NCBI RefSeq assembly: GCF_964204645.1
Contig: NC_134025.1
Coordinates: forward strand, 12,276,001-12,340,000
Length of the DNA: 64,000 nucleotides
From: Tubulanus polymorphus
Taxonomy: Eukaryota > Animalia > Nemertea
Direction of reading: 5' to 3'
The notes below the pieces were generated by a model. The model saw only the letters and a list, made by a program, of their open reading frames with translations. It did no database searches and was not told where the DNA came from. Below, in pieces: positions 52,349-64,000 of this stretch. The translations under genes and the position numbers were made by a program. The first letter of the stretch is position 1. Each line of letters begins with the position of its first letter.

Positions 52349-55300
52349 CGTGTCTAAAAACTCTTACTCCTCGTCTAAGAGGCCTTGTGTGAAGGAGGTT
52401 GCCTCCGAAGCCATGGCAAGAGAAGTAACAAAACCAACGCGCATCTGAGCGGATGTACGATTACCATCGAAGTGATTCGTCTGAAAATCTTCGCTCTAAT
52501 TTTACGGTAAAATCTTCATCGACTAGGCAACCGTTTCATTTTTATATTATTTTCTTAACTGATCAGTCCCCTACCTGACTCCAGTGGGTGTGATTTAGTT
52601 TGTTATGGAGCTTTCTACAACCGGTCGCTCAGATTTTTACGGCAAATAAACTTAAGATATAAAAAATGATAAAATACCAATTAGAAAGTCACCCGAAGGT
52701 CTGAAGATACACGTGGCCGAGTCTTCAGTAGCACCAAACTAAAAAAATAAATTAAAAGGGGGTTGGGTTCAGTCCATACATAATTGAATTATACCATTTT
52801 TTGATTTAATGTCAGAATAATCGACAACCTTCAAAAACATGTCAAATCGAAAGAGCACTTAATGGGGGAGCCACTAGCTGGTGAAAAGAATAAGGGCTGG
52901 CATTTTTTCCGAACAATGAAGTGAAAAGAATACCAATCAAAATGGAATTGCGTCGAAGAAGACTTTCTTGGATTGTCATCGACTGAATAGCTATCCATTT
53001 TATAAGTAAATTAAATCAATTTTTATAAAAGAAACATTGAAACATGATCTCATTTGCTTAAACCCGATAGGAGTATGAAAATCGTTTTGTGCGTTCATAG
53101 ACCACACACCTGCATTATTGTTTGAACTTGCAAGACCATATAAAGTTAAGAGTTGCTGCCAAAATTGATTTCGAGGTGTTTATAATGGCCGATGTATCCG
53201 CAATGTACTTCAAATTGATAACAAAAGGAAATCAATCGAACGAAAGTAACTTGGTAAATGAGGGAAAAGTATCACGAATCCATCATGATATATGCTATAC
53301 ATATTTATACATACAATGGGTATAACTGTTGCTCGGTATATAGACAGCAGCAACATTTGGCTGAACGAAGCGAACTTAATTACAAATAAGGGAATATTTT
53401 AGATAAGATGGCGTACAGATGAGTTCATCCACGAACTACCGTTTTCAAACTGTAAGAAATACTCAAGAACTTGCCTTGTCAGTTTTGACATAATGAGATT
53501 TTATCAATGTAGGTTATGATATTTGATGACGTTTTGATATGGGCTATATTGAATACCGCAGGTGTAACGCGAAATTCGACAAAATTTAACCAACGCTGAA
53601 CAAATATTACGCGCACCTAAGGACCTTTTCTGATCAACAGTATGCTCACTGATCGCACCCGCAAACGTCTGAAGTTACCCGCGTTAAGATTAATACTTGT
53701 TGACCAATTTCATGGGCATCTTCACAGTCAAAACAAATGTTGTATTTATTCGACCTCGTTGAACTCAAAAAATTTAATTCGTCTTGTATTCCTCTGTACG
53801 TACCACGTCACCGGCAAGTATATGTATATGGGAAAAAGATGACCGGGATCGAGCAATACACCGTGGGCTCGTCCATTCTACACGAACAGCTGGGGCCCGG
53901 GAGATCAACAACTTGGTCAAATATGTTCAAATGTTGTTAACACGAAAGGCATCTCGAATACGAGTCATAAATTCCCAGCAACATGCCATTGAGTTTATCT
54001 TTAGCCCGTGACGAACGTGACTTGGCAAAGACATTAATGTCCGGGTGCTCACGAAAAAGTTCGGTTTGACCAGCGAACACCCCATCGGCCAGCCGTACAT
54101 CTGTCAAATAATCAGCTAGATTCACATCATCGCTTTATCTAATCTTGTATCGCGGTACATAATATGCTTATATTGAGATAAATTCCCAATCATAACTCGA
54201 TGATCCTTAAGGTTCGGTTAAAAGCCACTATCTAGTTGAACAGTATTGACAACGAAGGGCAGTGCTTCAGTGTGTTCGTTATTTCCAAAGTCTCTAAAGG
54301 AATATTATCAATTAAAGCGTCCGGAATAATAGAAATAATATACTAGAGCATCACTGATGATGCACGGACAATTCTACTAATTGTGTTGTACAAATTATTT
54401 TTGCAAATACAAAGTTGTGAGTTGAATGGGTCCATTTTGAGTCATTCTGAGGTTATAATTCTCTGTTTGTCTAGAGTTTTCTGCATTGTAAATCTTGATT
54501 TATTCGTCGGACGTACCTGCAGAAAAATGATATATACCATACTTATTTTTGTTTCAAATCAAGCAAATGCTAGCAAAAAAACTTATCGTCATCAAATCGT
54601 ATTAGAAAATGCGCAAGGCAAAAATTGTAGTGAAACATAAATCAAACTATTTTCATAGTGATTATTAAATTTGCTAAATAACATGTCCGCATGAACAAGT
54701 TTTATAGACTGGTCTTCAGTTACTTTCACCATTTGGATGGTCGTCAGTGTACGTCAATGTTTTATTCTAAGTTGCGTATGAATCTGCAACTAATTTCATT
54801 TACTAATTGAAAACTGTTTTAAATGTAAGTATTTTGGAATTTCGACTGTGTGGAACCAGACTTAAGTCAGCATTTGAATTATTACATTGCATATATAACA
54901 CGTAGAGAAACCCTAGAAACTGTGTTTAAGTCTCGCAAATCTTCATATAATGTTGACAAATGATTCCATTCGACATTATATTTTACTCAAACTGAAAGTT
55001 GTAATTATGACTAGATTAGATTCAGTTAGGCCTACCTGCATTTCAAAGCAGTTCTAAAAAAAGATCTATTAGTTCAATCTATCAATTTGTTCAACTAAAA
55101 TTTTATTCTTTATTCCATTCATTCGGTGATAACTATTCGAAATTCTTTTTTCATTTGACAGTATATTACAAATGAAATAATTTCTATTGGCGAATTATTG
55201 CAATCGTTATTTCTCTTCTAAAACCTCTTTCTACATGCTGTGTTATACTGGTAAGTCAAACAATCGAGTATCTAAATCTCGCATCAAAATGCAAATGCTA

Positions 55301-58300
55301 ATACTATCCGTCGATCTATAGCGGTAAATACAAAGACATTCGCTTCGACTTCGGTACCGTTTTTGAAATAATGATGTTGTCGTATCTTTCATCGTGATCA
55401 TCAAATGTCAAACTGGACAAATTGCTTTAGCGTATGGCTCCGAAATTTATCAGACGGGTCGTTATTATCTTATGAAGATCGGAAATATACTTTTTTACTT
55501 AATACCCTGCTGCAAATTTTTATAGTGTATTTGCATTACGCACGGGAATCGTCCGTAAATTCCAATTATTATCATCTAATTTCCGATTAACTTTTTGTTA
55601 GGAGAAAAATACGATGTCGAAGCCATGATTTCAAAATTAAGACGACGAATCGAGATGAAACGTCCGTATCATTTTTCCTTCGCGTTATCTACAATTAATA
55701 TAAACGTATTGTTGGTATTTAATAAGATTCGAAGAAAATCTAACCGGCATTCGGGGATTGAATAAATCATGCAGGCAAGATCGAAGATAAATTCAATTGA
55801 TCTGCGGTAGAATAAATCGATCTATCATGATGGATAGGCTAATGTTCCCGGGTGATGTATGTTACTAAAACCGGGCTGTGCGTTCGTCCCATCTTCAACA
55901 GGTGCCCACTTGATCGATTCTCGTACAAAGCCATACGCGTTTTTTTAACTTAAAAATCAAAATTCTGATAAGCTTCGTCCTCGAGCGATCTAAATACGCA
56001 GCTAAGCGAGTTATTATTTGACGATTACATCTTTCCGTTAAGTTCAAATATCAATTGTGCGGACCTTTTATTTCGGTGAAATCCGAATATTTCATTTTGA
56101 TCAGATGAAACAAATCGCACCCAGAAATTCATCTATCATTAATTTCCTGAAGAAGTTCAGTTGTTCTATATAGTTTTTCAAACATGGAGAAAGAAGCTTA
56201 CGCCGAGTTGATGAAATCAATTGGGGCGGCGTATATCATGACGTGACACGAGCGATTTATTCTTATCAGATGTCAACTTCGAACTTCCGATTTCTGGAGT
56301 TTTCGATGGATATATTTCTATGATAATGTTTGACGACACGCACAACAAGCCAATAGCTAAGAACCGAGAACTGTTTGAGAGCTCGTGCAGCACAAAATAA
56401 CACAACTGCTGATCACGTACGAGCGTAGATATAGCTCTAATGCGATGATCATCGTATCATGCGTCTTGTTTAATAGTAAGACGTACCGTTTGTTAAGCCG
56501 AGTTACTCTGGTCAAAAAGATGACAATTTTCGGTTTTCAACTTAAAACCATTATCAAAGAATCAATAAAATCACGAATGCTGTTTTCGATGTTATAAATC
56601 TTTCAGTTTGTTTTTCATTTTGGATTTGAAACGCTGGAATGTCGATTGTCGAATTAATTGTCAAAAAGGGTATAGAATTCAAAGATTGATTTAATAGAAT
56701 CTACAGATTCATTCAGAGGTTGATTTTTGTTTGTATACAGTACGCCAAAAATCACAATAAGATTGATCGCAAAATGCTTTCTTCGGATGCATACAAAATA
56801 ATATAATATATATGGCTTTTCATTACCTTAATCATTCGTAATATAGTTTCTATCTGACACCGTTCTCCTCCATTTCACTGATGCATGATACACAATAAAA
56901 ATTTGATTCATTTTTTCAAATGGTAGTTCTGGGTGGACTGTTGCATTATGGGTATATTCTTAACGCTTGACTCGCGTATATTTCATTCATGTCAAATAAA
57001 GCCAATTTCTTTTTTTTCAAATAATCGAAACCCTCAGAAAAAAATTAAACTTCAAATCTCATCAATTGCGGGACAGTTCATTACACTGAAATATATCAAT
57101 CCGTTATAAACCACACACACACACGTGTGCCTAATTCATACGATTTGCAACGACTACTGAAGTTACATTTCTAGACAAATCGTACAAAAATAGTTGATTT
57201 GAAATTCAAGACATTAAACTGAAGCTGTCAGCAACGTCATCTGGCATTATCGGATTGAATTATACAAGTAACGATGGGCTTAATTTCATCGCACTGACAC
57301 GGATAATATTGTGTTTCAACTGTCATAACCACAGCAAAAAAAACACACACGCCACTTTCAAACAAGCAATTATCAAACTTCAACCCGACAAATGGATCAC
57401 GGTGCATGTTGACAGAACGTTGATGGGGTGATGACGGACAAACGGTTCGAAGTCATCGCCCGATCGAACCACTGAGTGGATCTATATACGTAATGCGCAC
57501 AACACAAAACAGTGACAGTCAAATTACAGATGAAAAGCTTCATTTTCTCTCGGCTATTACCACCGCTACACATTCGAATACGATTCTCCAATAAATAATG
57601 TGCTTTGGTTTTGTTTTCACAGCCTGAACGGTATCGATCGATATTCCAATATTAAATCAAATTGATTCATATTCTCGCTTTTCTGAGCTTAACAGGAGAT
57701 TATATCGGACAATGATATTTGCATCATCAATTTGAAACAGGACCTTTGTTGTCGGTCAGGGACAAGAAACAAACAGCCTCAATAGGGCGTTATTGGTCGT
57801 ACATATGTATGTATACATATACATAGAGAGAGATTTGAACCGGGACCTCCGATGAAAATATTGTTGTCAGGGACACGGAACAACAATATGGCTTTATCTG
57901 TCTTAAGAATCTTAAGACGAAGCCGTATCGAGACTAGAAACGCCAGTCAAGGAACACCAGTCTTAATGCGTAGCCTATATCTATATATGTAAAGCCTATA
58001 TCTAATTTCTATTCGAATATTTATTCGTATACATTATTTCATAATTTCACGTCTTAAGGATTTCAAAAACGGGGACGACTGAGAGGCCATCTGGAGTTCT
58101 GTGACAGACTCGGCCAGCAAATCATCGACTGCAGCGTCACCGCCCTTGACGTCATGGCAGGATCACCTGGAACGTACCCTTCATACGTCGCCACGTTAAA
58201 CTGTAAGAAAATATTCATCTTACCTTCGCGATCGGTCTGCTTGCAACATACGTAGCATCATCTGTTCTTGGATAGATTTTTCAATTGAATGCCGGTCGCT

Positions 58301-60889
58301 TTCCTGCGTACATTACTCCTCCCGTACATTTCTCAGTAAACAGTCAATTATATCATGTTTTGCCACCACACATACACATCTACTATATCGTCTCGATTTA
58401 TCTGTAGTGACTACCCGGGGAAAAAGATTCTTCTTCCGCCAGCCGAAAACACGTTACTGGCCCGACAAACATGTGTCTCCTATTGAAATAGCATACAAAC
58501 TGACGCTTTATGTACGTTTAGCAAGACAGTTTGCATAGACTACAAAATAAACCTGATTTGTACAACTATAGCGCTTTTAAGAAGATGATCAAGTGGTTGG
58601 TTCTTTATGGAAACAACTCCAACATTTTTTTAGGAATTCTCAACTGGTTGGGAACGATTTTACGGCATTTCCTTAATTACGGCAACGTGATGTAGGTCAA
58701 CAGATATTATCATTTAGTGGCGCCAAGCTGTCTACCGCGATCGTATAAAGTGGAGTCATATACACGCTCTAGATTGCCATATGGTTTCGTATAAGGTAAT
58801 TTATATGAAAATCAATTGAAAGCTGCAATTACTGTTGGTGTTATAATTGTATAATTGATTTATGACGGTAATTGTGTGCCAGAATAAAAAGTTGCCCCCA
58901 AAATTATAGGACATGACCCTCTGTCAGTGCTGGCGTTTTCAGAAATGTGCTGTATAGGCTTAATATTGTAAACAAACGACGCTTCCCTAGCGAAGTGTCG
59001 CGAAAATGAATGTTGAAACAATCCAATGAATGCAACGAAAAGATTCAGGCATTCAACCTATTTCATGAATAGTTTTGGCGTTTTGCACTGTTCATTTGAT
59101 ATGCATGACAGTTAAACTTTATCGCGAACGATGTACAATAAGTCCATTTAAAAACTTGAAACCAAGCCGCGGTTTTGTAGGTCAAAAACAATTCGAAAAA
59201 GCGGCGCCACTCTGTCTAGGACAATCGGGTGGTTCTTGGGGCCGAGGTTTTTATGACGAGTTTTGAAGCCAGCTCAGCCAGCGTAACCGAAGATAAAGCA
59301 CTTTGCAAAGTGATTTATTCATTTCAAAAGAGCTCACTGTCGTTTCCTCGAAAAAGCATTCCCAACTAAACAAAACTCGCAGAGAAAATAAATCTTACGT
59401 CCGCTTGATCTCCTTATACGCTTCGTTGGGCTGGCGCTCCACATTGAAAACATCCGGGGAAAAATGACCTAAGTGACACTCAGTGATATTTTGGCGTACG
59501 AATGAATAAAAAAACGGGTGTTATAACTTGGAATGGAAATCTATTCCGCTGTTGGAGAAAGGTTATAAGCCACCCTGGTAATTCGTGAAAATGAAAAAAA
59601 ATCCGCATTCACTTCAAGCTAATAAAACTGAGTTGTTCGGTGAATGCGTTGACAAAGTAACATGGCTGAGACCATGGACGAATAAACATACGTCCAGGTT
59701 AAACTGAGCCGGCCTTAGGTTTCTTGGAAACGCAGGCTCCCGTGACTCAACAAAAACTACATCATAAACACACGCGAATTATGACTAGCAGACGGTATTG
59801 AATGGATGAGTATAATATTTGAAAATTTGAATTCAAAATTATTGCGGGAAATGATTCGAATCTGGGCGTGGGTGAGGAATCTGCGAATCGGACGCTCCTA
59901 CCACATTCGTTGGCTGCTGTGCACTCCAAAATCTGCCCTTTTATCGTTTTAATAGAGATGCACGTTTGGTCTCTTTATCATTTATAGGCCATCGAACTGT
60001 GGTTTGTCAGTTTATTCAATCATAACAACTTTGTTCAAGCCCATTAGAACATCGAGTTGTGTGTATCTTAGGTCCTAACCGACCCTGTCATAGATTACAG
60101 CACTTAAGCGATCATTCGATAAATAAATAGATAAGATTCAGTCTTTCTGAGGGTAAATATCATTCGATATTACCATATAGACTTTGATATTGGGATTCCA
60201 TCTGGGTTAAAACGTTTATTGTTGGCGCCTGTATGTCTGGCGAGAGCGTATAGCACATACTCTATCATACAACCGCTTTCGAACGACATGTGACGAAATT
60301 ACACACCGAAATTTGACGCCAATATACGCATTATTTTTTATATCTAATTACAGCAATTGCTGCGTTTGTGTGCGACACCCGAAAATTAATTCCACTTAGC
60401 AGTAGTAGAGGATATGTTACAAATAATGACGGCAATTGATGCATTTTGTGTCCTTTTCATAATGATCTATATATTTCGGTTGCACCTTTTTTATACAAGG
60501 GAAATGATGAAATTCTTCTCATTTCTACATAGTAAAACTTGGTTCGGTGCCAAAGATTTTCTGTTTCGTCGACGAAATTCGCAACGAGTTGAGCCTCGGT
60601 TAATACGGGACAATCCCTTTTTATTCTATGTCCTCAACCGAACGTGGACTGACGACGTTTACCGATACTTAATAGGTTTGTTCATAAATCAACTAACATT
60701 TACCGAATTTGCAATCAATGGTGCTGCAACCGCACATGGATCTTCTGGAATTGAAAGTGGTGTCGCATTCGAAACATTTTACAAAATAAACTAACAAGAG
60801 ACATATAGAAATCATTTTTATTTACGTTAATCAATTAAGAACATATTTCGACGATCGATGGGAGAGGTATGTCACTGAATATTATGCGT

Positions 60890-60991
60890 GTATTTCTCAA
60901 GACATAAACACATGCCTCCCTGGCTTGATTCCAAACAAACATGCACATATGAATAGTTAAAACGTTCTAGCACATTTTCTGGGACACTCTG
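60890..60991. mobile_element. Tc1/mariner-like terminal fragment
   Basis: Ends ...CACATTTTCTGGGACACTCTG|TA (reverse complement TA|CAGAGTGTCCCAGAAAATGTG), a Tc1-style TIR. I did not find the partner TIR. Confidence 0.45.
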
Positions 60992-62636
60992 TATAGAGTG
61001 CATGTGAAAACACAATAGTGATTTGAACGGCGCCAGTCGGTCTACCAATATCGACGTCCCTAAAAACCGTTGCGAAAAACATTTTTTTCACTGACAGCCG
61101 CTATGCGTTGTTTAAGGGTGGAGTAGTGTGTTAGCCGTTGTGCTCTACGTCATCATATTGGCGTTTCTAATTAAACGACAATTACATTGTGAATATTGGA
61201 GTTTATTTTGTATTTGATTAAATTTCATGACTTATTTTCTATCTAATATATTTTGAATTTTTTATATTGAATTTGAATTTCAATGTCATTTTTCAAGGCG
61301 TCGAAAAACTTTCAAGTTAGTTTTCTTGTCTATATATTGCCACAAGAATGAAAATCTCCTAGGGTGGCCTAGTTAGAATATGATTTATCGTGATTTTTTC
61401 CACTGAACTGTCCGTCACCTGGAAATCTTTGTTTGCGTCAACAATTACGTTATTCATCGTGTTTGAATGCTTCTTTCCGGTGCTGACCAGGGCCGCAGAG
61501 CCATCCATATAAGGCAAGCTTAAAACTGGTCCGGAAAAAGGAAATCACCTCAATACACGGCAGCTGCTCGACCCGTGATTCTATGGGGGGTTTAGATTTT
61601 ATTTCTCGTTATGACAAACAAGTTGTAAAGAAATAACATTTTTGAAAAAAAAATTATGAATGACATGGGGTAGAGACAGTTTCTTTGAAATTAATGATTG
61701 ATCATTGAACCCATGCATATCTCCCGAACCAGTACCGATACGTCAATCAATTTCGGTAGCGCAAAATACAGCAAAGAAGTATCTGTAAATCAAACGACCG
61801 ACCGAACGCCGTAGGATAAATATAGAATGCTTCCCGAAAATCTATGTTGGGTAAAATTGTTTTGAATAGAAAAAAAACACGAAGTGTGTTAATCATACGT
61901 TCGGTGTTCCTGATCCAATTCTTGCGTTATTATGAGAAACAATAATATAATGATATCGCACAATTTAGAAAATACGCGTGTATTAATTACGATATTATAC
62001 AAATTGGGTCGAAGTGGGTCAATAATTTGTTATTTGGCGCCGGAATGTCTACCGTGACCCGCAATTCCATCCGGATAACTAACCAATAATTACGCGTCGA
62101 TATGGTGACGTCACAGGCTCCAGTATGTCTGGCCGTGTCGGCAGTTTTTAAGTCGTGCGGGTGTTTGTGCGCTATTCAGAAGAGCCATTGGCATTTCCCA
62201 GTAAAATTTCTTTTCTATTTATGATGAATGGCCGACCACCTGCATGATTTTACCTAATACAAAGACCTTTCTGGCCGTTGCTAGGTATCCGATGTGTTTT
62301 ATTATTTTGGTGTCCTCGGAATACCCCACAGGTGTGGAGTTGGACATTGAACAAATTCGTGAGACCAGCCATATAGAACCGCATTTTGTATTATAAATGC
62401 TGTTTCCTTTTGTTCCCACTGTATTTGCTTTATCAGTCGGTATTTGGAAGTTAAGGTTTAATAGTTGCCCGCTAAAGAAAAGCGGCCCGAACAAGATATA
62501 GAATCCCACAATAAACATTATGCACTTTTGAATAGGACAAGTGTTGAAAAAGGGATTAGTTTCTTATGTGAGCGCGAATATTTGACAGATATATGGCCGC
62601 AATTCAAAATTAATGTGACATGAGAAACCAGATTTG

Positions 62637-62641
<5 letters not shown>

Positions 62642-62681
<40 letters not shown>
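62642..62681. repeat. (TA)n microsatellite
   Basis: Directly visible. Confidence 0.97.
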
Positions 62682-62684
<3 letters not shown>

Positions 62685-63255
62685 ATACATATAGTGGTTG
62701 CTATATTAGGTTGGTGCGCCTTTCCTGTAAAATCAGATTATTTTTCACCCACTCGATATCCCTGCATTCGCTATATTTCATCAGCAGAATATTTGAAAAT
62801 CTACAAATTTACTTATATTTGTCAAACTTCTCAACTTTCGAATCAACTCTGCATTCGGTACGTATCTGAATGTCGATATACATCAATGATGATTTAACTG
62901 AATACATTCGTTTAATCGAAATGCTACTACTGTATTGTGAATTATACAAAAGGCAAGTATGTATATAGAAAGTTCGGTAGAGACTGGAATGCGTTGAATG
63001 GCGAAATGTTTTATTCAGATATTTCTCGTAGAATACGGCGACATTATCACATCATCATAGAATCTGATGGATAAATCATTGTTTGGAAAATCGTTATCAA
63101 CTCCGATACTGCCATATGCAGCTGAATTAGATGCGAAGGATCAAAGACTAGGCTTAGAAATATCATTTTATCAAGTGGATTTTATCATCGATCCACATCA
63201 TTATTTTCTAAATAAGTGAAAGTATATGATATATGATAGTTTTAGTTTATATCAG

Positions 63256-63464
63256 GGGTCAGCTGGTTTTCATAAGTTAATCAAAAGTTGATTTATCCAG
63301 TGGGTAACTGACATCATTGACAATCCAGACTGAATCGTTATCACGGTATTCATCCAATGATAAAGTGTACCTCAGAGTCAGTTCCATCGATGCGAGTGAA
63401 GAATTGAAAATTAACTGATTTTAAACTCTGTGTTAATTCAAAATCACGACTGTGGAACTGGACC
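63256..63464. mobile_element. Possible Harbinger-like MITE remnant
   Basis: CAG|GGGTCAG...ACTGTGGAACTGGACC|CAG: degenerate G-rich termini with a possible 3-bp TSD. Confidence 0.3.
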
Positions 63465-64000
63465 CAGGATCTCCCCCAATTTGATTCTAGAGTTAAAAGT
63501 CAGTTCATTTCCAATTATCCAACTGGCGAAACAGGATCACGAGTGGAATTCTACTAGTTACGATAATTCCTTTTCAAATTATCAACACGTGGCGTAAATA
63601 AAATCTTAGATAGATTATTTTTCAATGTGTTCCTTAAAAGTTTCTTTACAAACTATAGGAACTTCGAATGAATAGCTTTATTTTGAAAAATACATGTATT
63701 TCAAAATATGGAAGACAATCTTACATCTTTCGAACAACATCTTTCGAATTTGAAAGAAATACTACTTCATTTATATTGAAAGTATACGTAAGAACACAGT
63801 CATCGGGAAGTGTTGTTTTTTTTTAAATTTCTTGTTTGCAGAATATATGGAAAAATAATTTACAAAACTATTACTGCAAGACATGAGTCAAACAGAAAAT
63901 TAAAACTCATTACAGACAAATGATCAAACGGCTTATTGTGAAATTCAAATAATTTTGCAAGACATACAATAAAATCCAAGAATTAGATATACAGCTCATT

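Noticed and set aside
57826-57856. B-box-like GGTTCAAATC on the minus strand as a tRNA gene
   Set aside because: No A box or cloverleaf; at most a SINE fragment beside an (ATAC)n run.
62219-62518. ORF with GPLFF and YSEDTKI, reminiscent of RT motifs GPLLF and YADDT
   Set aside because: The motif spacing is far too long and the catalytic aspartate pair is not preserved; likely chance.

Overview
AT-rich intron-containing animal DNA, probably an invertebrate (protostome/lophotrochozoan-like, judged only from the Sim sequence). The window holds a complete minus-strand single-minded (sim, bHLH-PAS) gene. I assembled it by hand from 9 coding exons (42986 to 14307; 2448 nt, 815 aa), and the intron after its first coding exon is 23.4 kb. 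Downstream on the same strand is the 5' half of an SLC22/organic cation transporter gene (5 coding exons, 3638 to 977) that runs off the left edge. Between the two genes lies a ~7.3-kb CACTA/EnSpm (CMC)-type DNA transposon (about 4535-11885) with subterminal CCGAC/GTCGG repeats. Its predicted transposase exons splice in frame into a ~448-aa protein that keeps the N- and C-terminal regions but lacks the DDE catalytic core. The element also carries remnants of a second gene, a possibly captured pseudo-exonic segment and a nested 548-bp foldback. The rest of the window is non-coding: MITEs, TE fragments, (TA)n microsatellites and candidate sim cis-regulatory sequence. Most ORFs in the supplied track are spurious. 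All calls come from reading the sequence, with no database searches.
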